Origin: Candidatus Afararchaeum irisae
Lineage (GTDB): Archaea > Halobacteriota > Halobacteria > Halobacteriales > Afararchaeaceae
NCBI GenBank assembly: GCA_034190545.1
Contig: JAXIOF010000002.1
Coordinates: 3,246 to 67,245, forward strand
DNA length: 64,000 bases
Direction: 5' to 3'
In this document: in pieces, positions 27,320 through 35,341 of the stretch
Numbering within the stretch: position 1 is the stretch's first letter
Layout: the number at the start of each line of letters is the position of its first letter
Translations under genes and position numbers: made by a program
Notes under the pieces: model-generated
What the model was told of the DNA's origin: nothing
The model's database searches: none
Seen by the model: the letters and a program-made list of their open reading frames with translations, nothing else

Positions 27320-28576
27320 CTAGAAAGTCGACATCTCGCCGTGTATTATGTCACGTGTGAGGTCAGTCACATTTTCGAGGGCGTCGTCTGTGATCGACTC
27401 TATCTCGTACTCGACGTCGGAGAGTTCGACGCCTTCCTCTGTCTGAACCTGGAGACCGGCTATCTGTGGCTCGTCTATCGGCTTTCCTATCTGTGACAGG
27501 AGCTTCACCCTCAGGTCTTCTATGCCGTCGACCTCGTCGACGACCTTCTTCGCTATACGTATCGAGAGAAGGTTGTAGATCTTGCCTATGTGGTTGACGG
27601 GGTTCTTTCCGCTCGTGGCTTCGAGGCTCATGTTCCTACTCGGGGTTATGAGACCGTTGGCGCGGTTGCCCCTTCCGACGCTTCCGTCGTCTCCCATCTC
27701 AGCGCTCGTCCCCGTCTCTGTGAGGTAGAAAGTCCCCTCGTCCCGAGGACTCTCTGAGTCCTCGTGTGCATGCGAGTCTTCAGATTCGCGAACGTCGTAG
27801 TCGTCGGCGGTGTTGACTGCGACGTTGAGGTCTCTGTCAGTGTACTCCTCGGCTGTCGAGGCGACGAACTCCCTGACGTCCTCCATCACGCTGATATACT
27901 CATCGGCGTCCTTGACGTACTCCGAGACAGTCGCCGCCGCGACCGTGAGATCTAAGGTATCGCCCTCGCGTTTTCCCATCACCTTGACGTCCTCTCCCAC
28001 CGCGGGAATCTCGTGTCTCAGGTCTTCGTAGATCTGTGTCTCGGTCTCGTAGACTACCTCCTCGGTCTCGGAGAATGGCGCGTGACCCACTCCGAACGAG
28101 GTGTCGTTTGCCTTCGGAACCGCACCGTCTTCGAGCTTGAAGACGTCCTTGAGATCTGTCGATCCCTCGCCCATACGTACGTCGACGACGACCTCCGACT
28201 CTAAGTCGATATTCTGGAGGGTGTCGTCGATATAGTCACGTGCCGCCTTGACAGCGAGGGTGTCGGTGGGTATTGCCTCGCCCTCGAACTCCTTCGTCGC
28301 CCTTCCGACTATCAGGACGTAGATCGGCTCAACGACCTCTCCGCCGCCGAAGTCGGGCTGGCTCCGTCCCGCGACCAACTGACACTCATCTGTGTTGTGG
28401 TGGAGGACAGCACCGAACCTGTCGAGGTACTCCTGAGACAGCGCGCGCATTACCGACTCGGCGATGCCGTCACAGATAGAGTCGGGATGTCCCATCCCTT
28501 TTCTCTCGGCGAGCTCGATCCTCTGTTGATCCACAGGGATCTCGTCGAGAGACTCGACTCTTATGTTACGTTCCAT
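27320..28576 (-). CDS. metK: Archaeal-type S-adenosylmethionine synthetase
   Basis: [40 protein letters not shown]...HHNTDE... is the archaeal MAT signature. The start was moved to the ATG at 28574-28576. The track ORF's 172-aa upstream extension is Ser-rich and non-acidic, and it overlaps the divergent gene. Confidence 0.9.
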   Translation of the reverse strand: MERNIRVESLDEIPVDQQRIELAERKGMGHPDSICDGIAESVMRALSQEYLDRFGAVLHHNTDECQLVAGRSQPDFGGGEVVEPIYVLIVGRATKEFEGEAIPTDTLAVKAARDYIDDTLQNIDLESEVVVDVRMGEGSTDLKDVFKLEDGAVPKANDTSFGVGHAPFSETEEVVYETETQIYEDLRHEIPAVGEDVKVMGKREGDTLDLTVAAATVSEYVKDADEYISVMEDVREFVASTAEEYTDRDLNVAVNTADDYDVRESEDSHAHEDSESPRDEGTFYLTETGTSAEMGDDGSVGRGNRANGLITPSRNMSLEATSGKNPVNHIGKIYNLLSIRIAKKVVDEVDGIEDLRVKLLSQIGKPIDEPQIAGLQVQTEEGVELSDVEYEIESITDDALENVTDLTRDIIHGEMSTF

Positions 28577-28715
28577 AATCAGAGTCGTCGCCGGCTGATC
28601 TAATAACTTCTGATGACAGCTTGGTAGCCGTTTTCTCGGCTCGGCTACATTTTTTAGGCTGTCAACCTCTCCCATAAAAAATAAAGTTATGAGTGTAGAC
28701 AAACCTACATAGTAC

Positions 28716-29396
28716 ATGGCGCGTTCCGACGAGGGTGAGGACTCGATAGTCCCCGAGGGGTACGTCGAGCCCGAGATCTCGACGCCCGAGGACGACGACC
28801 TTGACGAGGACATGGCTAAGACCCCCGACGAGATCAAACACGATGTCGAGGAGATCGACGAGAGACGAAACCTCGTGCGCCTCGACGAGGACGACGGTGA
28901 CGAGCTTTCTTCTTCACCGCGCCAGAGAAGGAGCCGGGGACACGGACGTGACCGTCCGAATCCCAAGGAGTCCGACAGACCGACATCCAGACGCCATCCC
29001 GAGCCCTCGGTCGAAGACACCGACCTCGACCGGAGTTCGGAGTCGGATGTCGAGACTAAGCTACGTGAGGCACTTGAGGAGAGACACGACAACGCCTTCT
29101 ACGTCGGTGTCAAGAGACAGGGCGAGATTGAGGTGATCGACTCAGACGTCGACTCCTCCGAAGACATAATCGCGGAGGTCTTCACTCAGTATATCAGATA
29201 CGAGTACGAGTCAAACGACAGTACCTACAAAGAGACCGCTTACGACAACCTTTCGAGGCTTCCCGTCTCGCCGCGTCTCACGCCTCTCGACGTATTCAAG
29301 ATAATAAAGTCATACGACGTCTCGCCCGACGACACAGTCATGGATCTCATAGAAGAGGTCGAGAAGGGCGGAAGCAGACGTCTCGATGAACTTTAG
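28716..29396 (+). CDS. Hypothetical, highly charged protein (disordered N-terminal half)
   Basis: 226-aa ORF. The composition is acidic and the C-terminal about 90 aa look globular (AFYVGVKRQGEIEVIDSD...VFKIIKSYDV). I recognised no family. Confidence 0.45.
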   Translation: MARSDEGEDSIVPEGYVEPEISTPEDDDLDEDMAKTPDEIKHDVEEIDERRNLVRLDEDDGDELSSSPRQRRSRGHGRDRPNPKESDRPTSRRHPEPSVEDTDLDRSSESDVETKLREALEERHDNAFYVGVKRQGEIEVIDSDVDSSEDIIAEVFTQYIRYEYESNDSTYKETAYDNLSRLPVSPRLTPLDVFKIIKSYDVSPDDTVMDLIEEVEKGGSRRLDEL

Positions 29397-31349
29397 TTAT
29401 CCTATCTTCCTGTCCTCGACACCCGAGATGTCGGGGGCACCCTCGGCGCCTTCCTTGAGGGGAGCCTCTCCGAACTTCTTCTTGAGCTCGTAGAGAACCT
29501 CCTCTCTCATTCCCTCGGCGAACTTTATCGAACCTACGACGAGATGTCCTCCTCCGTCGACACCCGCTCCTCTGATCTCGTCCTTGAGTTCGTCGACTAT
29601 CTGGGGTATGTCTATCCCGACGCCGTGTCCTCTTATGACACAGAAGTCAGGTCCGTATCCTATCGTAATTACAGGATCGTCTGTCTCGTCGACCTTCGTG
29701 TCGTGTATCTCGCCAGTCGTCTTGCCGGGTCCGGGGAAGGTGAACTTGTGGGCGTACTTCTCGACGTTTATGGTGTAGAGACGCGCGCCGTTTTCGAGCC
29801 TCTCCTCCTGTACGTGGGGCATCGCGGTAGAGATCTGTCTCTCGAATGCCTCGTCGGCGCGTTGGTTGAGCTTCTCGACGAGTTCATCGTGTACGTCGTT
29901 GTCGCTCACGTCGAGTATGTCGTTGACGAGATGCCTCCCCTCGTCGTACTTGAGCCAGAACGCCTCGTAGTCGAGCGCGTCGGCGACGTCCTCTAAGTGA
30001 CCCTCGTCGTAGCCCTCGTTCTCCGCCATCTCGACGTACTCTTCCATCTCGTCAGCCTCCGACCTGTCGCCCTTGCCTGACACAGCCGGAACGTGACGTA
30101 CTTCGTCCTCGACATCGGGGTTGACGAGACGTGCTAGTTCGGTACACAGCATCCCCGAGGTTATCGAGTAGTCCTCATCTATGAGGTAGGGGTTGACGTG
30201 TTCCTCGACGAGAGGGTCTACCGAGTCGGGGTCGGGGAAATGGTGGTCGACTATGTAGATCGGAATGTCGTAGGTTCGCGCTATCTCGTACGCCGGAGTG
30301 TCCTCCTCTGTCGATCCGTTGTCGAGCATCACGAGTATAGGCATCGAGTGCCCGTGTCTCTTGACGTCCTTGAGGGCGTAGTTGAGGTCACGTGTGACGT
30401 CCTCCATCTCGTAGAAGGGTGCCTTACTCGGCGACCGCGAGAAGAGATGGTACTTCGCCTCGGGGTCGTCGTTGACCTCGTCTATCATAGAAGTCACAGC
30501 CCTCTCGACTACGACGCCGCTCGATATACCGTCGGCGTCGGCGTGGTGTCTGACTATTATCGGACGGTTGGTGAGAACAGCCTTCCTTATCGCCTTAGCT
30601 ACGTTTCTGAGTCCCGGGTAGAGGCTGTCTATGCTGTCGGCGTCTATGAGAGGCTCTATCTCGGGAGGCTCAGCCTTCTCGTCGAGACTCGCCTGTATTC
30701 TCTCCTCGACCTCGTCTCTCTCGTCGCCTTCGAGCCCCTCCATCTCGTCCGCCTCTATCTGGAGATCGCCGTCACGTGTCTCGACCTCTCCTCTTATACG
30801 TACGAAGTCACCTGTCTCTATCTCGGGGTATGCACGTACACCCGCTTCGACGAACGCCGCTGTGTCGACCGTCCCCGTCTCGTCGGTCACCGTGAATATC
30901 GTGGGACCTCCTGTCTGTTTCGTACGGACGACCTCGCCCTCGACGTAGACCGCCTCACCCACTCTCTCGGAGAGACTTCCGATCTCCGATCTAGTCCTCT
31001 CGCACTCGATCTCTGCGTCGTTGTAGTCATGCATGAAGACGGGACGCAGATCTATGTCTCCGTTGTCCTTTATCTCTGAGACACGTACCTTGACCTCGTC
31101 TCCGACTTCAAGGCTCTCAGAGAGATTAGACTCGTGTATCAGACCGCTTATGTCGTCGTTGAGATCTACGAAGACTCCGTAGTCTACCACACCGTTGACC
31201 TCACCCTCGTAGACCTTACCCTCGTCTACCTCGTCTAAGCCACACGAGTTGCCGAGATGGTAGAGAACAGGTGTGCCCTCGTGCTCGTTACACAGATCTC
31301 CGCCTCCTTCGACTTTCCTTCCGCAGACGTCGCATGTAGATTCGTTCAT
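29397..31349 (-). CDS. Archaea-specific RecJ-like DHH phosphoesterase with Zn-ribbon, S1 and OB-fold domains (COG1107-like)
   Basis: N-terminal CDVCGRK...CNEH zinc ribbon. S1-like 'YEGEVNGVVDYGVFVDLNDDISGLIHESNL'. OB-fold 'GEVVRTKQTGGPTIFTVTDETGTVDTAAF'. DHH 'IVRHHADADGISSG' and 'IVDHH'. DHHA1 'GGGH'. Confidence 0.8.
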   Translation of the reverse strand: MNESTCDVCGRKVEGGGDLCNEHEGTPVLYHLGNSCGLDEVDEGKVYEGEVNGVVDYGVFVDLNDDISGLIHESNLSESLEVGDEVKVRVSEIKDNGDIDLRPVFMHDYNDAEIECERTRSEIGSLSERVGEAVYVEGEVVRTKQTGGPTIFTVTDETGTVDTAAFVEAGVRAYPEIETGDFVRIRGEVETRDGDLQIEADEMEGLEGDERDEVEERIQASLDEKAEPPEIEPLIDADSIDSLYPGLRNVAKAIRKAVLTNRPIIVRHHADADGISSGVVVERAVTSMIDEVNDDPEAKYHLFSRSPSKAPFYEMEDVTRDLNYALKDVKRHGHSMPILVMLDNGSTEEDTPAYEIARTYDIPIYIVDHHFPDPDSVDPLVEEHVNPYLIDEDYSITSGMLCTELARLVNPDVEDEVRHVPAVSGKGDRSEADEMEEYVEMAENEGYDEGHLEDVADALDYEAFWLKYDEGRHLVNDILDVSDNDVHDELVEKLNQRADEAFERQISTAMPHVQEERLENGARLYTINVEKYAHKFTFPGPGKTTGEIHDTKVDETDDPVITIGYGPDFCVIRGHGVGIDIPQIVDELKDEIRGAGVDGGGHLVVGSIKFAEGMREEVLYELKKKFGEAPLKEGAEGAPDISGVEDRKIG

Positions 31350-31399
31350 CGTTTACGCGACCTTTGTTATAGAGTCTAAAGGCTGTTCGGGTTTCGACT

Positions 31400-31551
31400 G
31401 ACGTTCGGAAATCTTCGATTTCCGAGCCATCCAGAACAAGTTCTGGAGACGTTCGTCAATCAAAGATTGACGTGCACACGAGAACTCAAAGAGTTCTCGG
31501 GACGTTCGCTAATCTTCGATTTCCGAGCCATCCAGATCGAAGATCTTGTGG
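31400..31551. repeat. Tandem array of three 48-53-bp units. Each unit is GACGTTCG + hairpin A (..AATC-NNN-GATT..) + spacer + hairpin B (..AGAxC-N2-3-GxTCT..).
   Basis: The units are 31400-31447, 31448-31500 and 31501-31551. Perfect stems: CGGAAATC/GATTTCCG (31406-31424), CCAGAAC/GTTCTGG (31431-31446), CGTCAATC/GATTGACG (31454-31472) and CGAGAACTC/GAGTTCTCG (31479-31499). Units 1 and 3 are nearly identical over about 35 nt. Confidence 0.85.
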
Positions 31552-31599
31552 TGTTGACAAGCTTTGTATACTCCCGAACTCTATACGTCTCATCCCCGT

Positions 31600-32019
31600 A
31601 TGTACGAGATCCTCGAACACACAGCAGACGCCAAGTTCAGAGCTGAGGGCGAGACACTCGAAGACGCGCTCCGAGAGGTAGTCGAGGCATTCGCCGAGGT
31701 CGTCGGAGCACACGAAATAAATCCCGAGGACGAAGCTCAGAACCGGATCACGGTTAACTCGGAGAACCTCGAAGCCCTAGTCTTCGACTTCCTCGACCGT
31801 CTCATCTACACACAGGACGTCGAGGGTGTAGCCGTCTTGACCGCAGAGACGGTGACCGTAGAAGAGACCGAGACGGGCTACTCCCTCACAGCCGTCGTCG
31901 AGACGGTTCCGTTGAGCACGACCTCGGGACTCACCGACATCAAGGCTCCGACATACAACGACATGAGGGTCGAGGAGACTGACTCAGGATGGCTGATTCA
32001 GGCGGTTCTCGACATCTGA
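31600..32019 (+). CDS. Archease (RtcB activator)
   Basis: MYEILEHTADAKFRAEGETLEDAL... is the canonical archease N-terminus, and the gene lies immediately upstream of rtcB. I used the ATG at 31600. The track's TTG start at 31564 adds 12 atypical residues. Confidence 0.85.
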   Translation: MYEILEHTADAKFRAEGETLEDALREVVEAFAEVVGAHEINPEDEAQNRITVNSENLEALVFDFLDRLIYTQDVEGVAVLTAETVTVEETETGYSLTAVVETVPLSTTSGLTDIKAPTYNDMRVEETDSGWLIQAVLDI

Positions 32020-32056
32020 CCCAAAGGTTTAGTTAGGCAGATTCGAAGACTCAGGT

Positions 32057-34876
32057 ATGGAGATAACACAGGTAGACGAAAACATCTACGAGATCGGGCA
32101 GGAAGACGACATGAACGTTCCTGCGAGGGTCTACGCTTCTGAGCTTCTTCTGGAGAAGATCGAACAGGACAAGACGCTCGAACAGGTCAGAAACGTCGCC
32201 ACCCTACCGGGGATACAGAAGTACTCTATCGTTCTCCCCGACGGTCACCAGGGATACGGATTCCCGATAGGCGGCGTCGCGGCTGTCGACATGGACGACG
32301 GAGTCATAAGTCCCGGAGGTATCGGCTATGACATCAACTGTCTCTCGGGGGACACCGAGGTTCTGCTGGAGTTCGGGAGGAGGAGGAGTATAGAAGACCT
32401 CAGACAGAGCTTTGACGACGAGAGGGCTGTCGTAGCTACTTCCGACTCCGCCGACACCTCAGGAATACATCTGTTCACTCAGGACGAGAAGACAGTATAC
32501 GAGGTAGACACCGGACTCCGGACAGTAGAGGCGAGTCCCGACCATCCCTTCTTAACCCCTGAGGGCATGAAGCCCCTACGAGAGATCGACGAGGGCGACG
32601 AGGTCTACGTCTATCCCTTCGAGGGTATCGAGGACGAAGATCCCGACGACGTCGTACTCCTCGACTCCGACGACTTCTCCTCCGAGGTCGCTGAGGTTCT
32701 CGAAGACCGCGGTCTCCTGCCTCTCTCGACGGCTGACAGGGAGTTCAACATACTCCTGAAACTCGTGGGATACCACACGGGCGACGGATCATTCAACCGC
32801 CACGGTGACACAGCCTTCTACGGAGAGGAGGAGGGTCTCAGACAGATACAGGAGGACATACGCCAACTCGGATTCGAGCCGTCGAGGATCTACTCGCGCG
32901 AGAGGAGCCACGAGATAGACGGGTCGGAGTTCGAGGCTGTCGAAAACACAGTCAAGTCGACCTCGAAGGCGTTCCAGAGGCTACTCGTCGCCCTCGGTGC
33001 ACCCGAGGGAGTCAAGGTAGACTCAGAGTTCACGACTCCCAACTACCTCGACGGCTGTACCGACTGGCAGAAGGCACTATATCTCTCGGCTTTCTTCGGT
33101 GCCGAGATGAGTAGTCCCGCTCCTCAGACAGACAAGAACCTCTACTGTCCTACGGTGTCACACAGCCGCAGGTCGGGAGGAGGCGACGACTTCGTACGTG
33201 AGATAAAGTCGTACCTCGAAGACCTCGGCATAGAGACCAACTCGACGGAGGAGTTCGAGTCTGAGACAGGGGCAACGAGATACCGTTTCGGTGTCAAGAA
33301 CGACTCCGAGAACCTGATACGTCTCTTCACGCGTGTCGGTTACACATACGCAGTCGAGAAACAGAAGGAAGCCGTCAGAGCCACAGTCTATCTGCGTGAG
33401 AAGGAACGTGCGATAGACGAACGCCGGACTGCGTCTGAGAGAGCGGTCGCGATGTACGACGGCGGCGTAGCCCCGAAGGAGATAAAGTCACGTCTCGAAA
33501 TAAACGACAGGTTCGTCGAGAGGAGCATATACGGCGACGCCAGAGCCGAGGTCAGACCACCCGCTGACTTCCCGGGATACGACGACTTCACCGACTCGGT
33601 CGATGTCGACGACGGATTCCGTGTCACGACTCAGGTCGAGTCGATAGACGAGATAGGCGAAAAGACCGTATACGACATAGGCGTAAGACACGACGCCCAC
33701 AGCTTCGTCGCAGACGGCTTCGTCGTCTCGAACTGCGGCGTCCGTGTTCTGCGTACAAACCTGAGTTACGACGACGTGAGGGGCACGGGAGAGAAGCTAG
33801 CCGAGAGGCTCTACCAGACAGTCCCGTCGGGTCTCGGCAAGGGAAGCTATCTAGACACAGACCTCGACGACATAGAAGGTATACTCGAAGGCGGCATGGA
33901 GTGGATGCTCGAAAACCGACACGCCTTCGAGGAGGATCTCGAACACTGTGAGGAGAACGGCAGGCTACCCGGCGATCCGAAGGCTGTTCCCGACGAGGCG
34001 AAGGAGAGAGGAGTCAGCCAGGTTGGATCGCTCGGATCGGGCAACCACTTCTTAGAGGTACAGAGGGTCTCGAACCTCTACGACGAACCGACCGCCGAAG
34101 CCTACGGTCTTGAGGAGGATCAGATCGTTGTCATGATACACACGGGGTCGAGGGGTCTCGGACACCAGACGTGTACCAACTACCTCAGGAGGTTCGAGAG
34201 GGAGTATCCCGATATAGTCGAGGATCTCCCCGACAAGGAGCTCATATACGCGCCGATAGGCGACGACCCAGCCGAGGAGTACAGAGACGCTATGTACGCC
34301 GCCGCCAACTTCGCGTGGTCGAACAGACAGGCGATAACACAGGCTGTGAGAGAAGTCTTCAACGAGATGTACAGTATCCGTGAGAGGGACGTCGAACTCG
34401 TCTACGATGTCTGTCACAACATAGCCAAGGAGGAGACCCACACCGTAGACGGCGACGAGAAGGAGCTACTCGTCCATCGGAAGGGCGCGACGAGAGCCTT
34501 TCCCGCAGGAAGGGAGGAGATACCCGATGTCTACCAGGACGTAGGACAGCCCGTTCTCATACCCGGTACGATGGGCACCGACTCGTGGATACTCTCGGGA
34601 GGTGAGAAGTCGCTCGACCTCTCGTTCGGTTCAACCGCACACGGTGCTGGCAGGGTGATGTCGAGGACACAGGCGAAGAAGGACTACTGGGGACGTGACG
34701 TACAGGAACAGCTCGCGGAGAGGGAGATTTACGTCAGGGCAGAGAGCGGATCGACTATCGCCGAGGAAGCACCCGGAGCGTACAAGGACGTCGATGAGGT
34801 CATGAGGGTGAGCGACGAACTCGGAATAGGTGAGAGGGTCTCACGTCTCGCTCCTATAGCGACTATAAAGGGGTGA
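32057..34876 (+). CDS. rtcB: RNA-splicing ligase RtcB interrupted by a 465-aa intein
   Basis: The exteins read ...LPDGHQGYGFPIGGVAA...GGIGYDIN | intein | CGVRVLRTN...GSGNHFLEVQ...HTGSRGLGHQ...HNIAKEE...GSTAHGAGR...IATIKG*. Joining them recreates GYDINCGVR. Confidence 0.95.
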   Translation: MEITQVDENIYEIGQEDDMNVPARVYASELLLEKIEQDKTLEQVRNVATLPGIQKYSIVLPDGHQGYGFPIGGVAAVDMDDGVISPGGIGYDINCLSGDTEVLLEFGRRRSIEDLRQSFDDERAVVATSDSADTSGIHLFTQDEKTVYEVDTGLRTVEASPDHPFLTPEGMKPLREIDEGDEVYVYPFEGIEDEDPDDVVLLDSDDFSSEVAEVLEDRGLLPLSTADREFNILLKLVGYHTGDGSFNRHGDTAFYGEEEGLRQIQEDIRQLGFEPSRIYSRERSHEIDGSEFEAVENTVKSTSKAFQRLLVALGAPEGVKVDSEFTTPNYLDGCTDWQKALYLSAFFGAEMSSPAPQTDKNLYCPTVSHSRRSGGGDDFVREIKSYLEDLGIETNSTEEFESETGATRYRFGVKNDSENLIRLFTRVGYTYAVEKQKEAVRATVYLREKERAIDERRTASERAVAMYDGGVAPKEIKSRLEINDRFVERSIYGDARAEVRPPADFPGYDDFTDSVDVDDGFRVTTQVESIDEIGEKTVYDIGVRHDAHSFVADGFVVSNCGVRVLRTNLSYDDVRGTGEKLAERLYQTVPSGLGKGSYLDTDLDDIEGILEGGMEWMLENRHAFEEDLEHCEENGRLPGDPKAVPDEAKERGVSQVGSLGSGNHFLEVQRVSNLYDEPTAEAYGLEEDQIVVMIHTGSRGLGHQTCTNYLRRFEREYPDIVEDLPDKELIYAPIGDDPAEEYRDAMYAAANFAWSNRQAITQAVREVFNEMYSIRERDVELVYDVCHNIAKEETHTVDGDEKELLVHRKGATRAFPAGREEIPDVYQDVGQPVLIPGTMGTDSWILSGGEKSLDLSFGSTAHGAGRVMSRTQAKKDYWGRDVQEQLAEREIYVRAESGSTIAEEAPGAYKDVDEVMRVSDELGIGERVSRLAPIATIKG
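32339..33733 (+). other. Intein (465 aa) with a LAGLIDADG domain, in RtcB
   Basis: It starts 'CLSGDTEVLL'. Block B is 'EASPDHPFLT'. The LAGLIDADG-like helices are 'LLKLVGYHTGDGSF' and 'ALYLSAFFGAEMS'. It ends 'HSFVADGFVVSN' followed by the +1 Cys. Coordinates were checked on the DNA (TGT at 32339-32341, AAC at 33731-33733). Confidence 0.85.
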
Positions 34877-34877
34877 A

Positions 34878-35298
34878 GTACCTCGGGGACAAGCCCCGAG
34901 GCTTCACCGTCTTGACCGCACGCCCAAAAACTGGGCGTGCCGTCGCAGGCGAATTTAATTCCCCTCGACCTTCCCGAAATGGGTCGGTTGGAATTCACAC
35001 CCGAACGCTCGGTGCGTCCGTGAGGGCCGGCGGCTCCACCCCGCCCGACAACTCCCGTCGCACCACGCCAAAGACGCGGGTTTTGAGAGGAGTCGCATTT
35101 CCTTGCAACTGCCGGCAGTTGCTTCGGATTAAGGTCTTTAATCCACGTCGCAACTGTATTCGTCGATACGGCAGGTTGCATCATATAGCTTACGCAATTC
35201 ACCCTCGGGGTCAAGTCAAGGAAAATCTTTGATTTTCCGTATCCCAAAAAGCTCTGCTTTTTGAAGACCCCGAGGCACTCTCGCTGTATTCCTGTAGA
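34878..35298 (+). mobile_element. Hairpin-ended non-coding element, copy B (same family as 5025-5398), starting immediately after the rtcB stop codon
   Basis: 5' end: GTA-CCTCGGGG-ACAAG-CCCCGAGG-CTTC (hairpin at 34881-34901). 3' end: ACGCAATTCAC-CCTCGGGGTC...GACCCCGAGG-CACTCTCGCTGTATTCCTGTAGA (stem arms at 35203-35212 and 35266-35275). The interior is GC-rich and full of stems. The only ORFs across it (34729-35247 on the minus strand and 34873-35232 on the plus strand) are basic and Arg-rich, unlike the acidic proteome. Confidence 0.6.
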
Positions 35299-35341
35299 AA
35301 CGAGATAAATAAGACAGACACAAAGACAGAGAAAGACTAGA

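Noticed and set aside
28577-29092. 172-aa N-terminal extension of the metK ORF (track ORF 27320-29092)
   Set aside because: The archaeal MAT signature begins exactly at MERNIRVE (ATG at 28574-28576). The extension is Ser-rich and basic, has no homology I recognise, and overlaps the divergent acidic ORF.
31400-31551. CRISPR array
   Set aside because: There are only three units and they are directly contiguous, with no unique spacers. Each unit contains two different palindromes. No cas genes or leader are nearby. I treated it as a tandem repeat or operator array.
34729-35247. ORFs of 172 aa (minus strand) and 119 aa (plus strand, 34873-35232) downstream of rtcB
   Set aside because: Both are Arg/Pro/Gly-rich and basic, which is contrary to the acidic proteome. 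They lie in a GC-rich, stem-rich region whose ends match the UDG insert. I interpret them as non-coding (element copy B).
34878-35298. Possibility that the structured GC-rich region after rtcB is RNase P RNA or SRP (7S) RNA
   Set aside because: On neither strand could I find the universally conserved RNase P blocks (GGAAAGUCC-type CR-I, ACAGAA..CGGCUUA-type CR-V). I also could not find the SRP helix-8 GGAA/GNAR-flanked AGCA motif. The terminal homology to the UDG insert argues for a repeat family instead. A covariance-model scan (Rfam/Infernal) would settle this.
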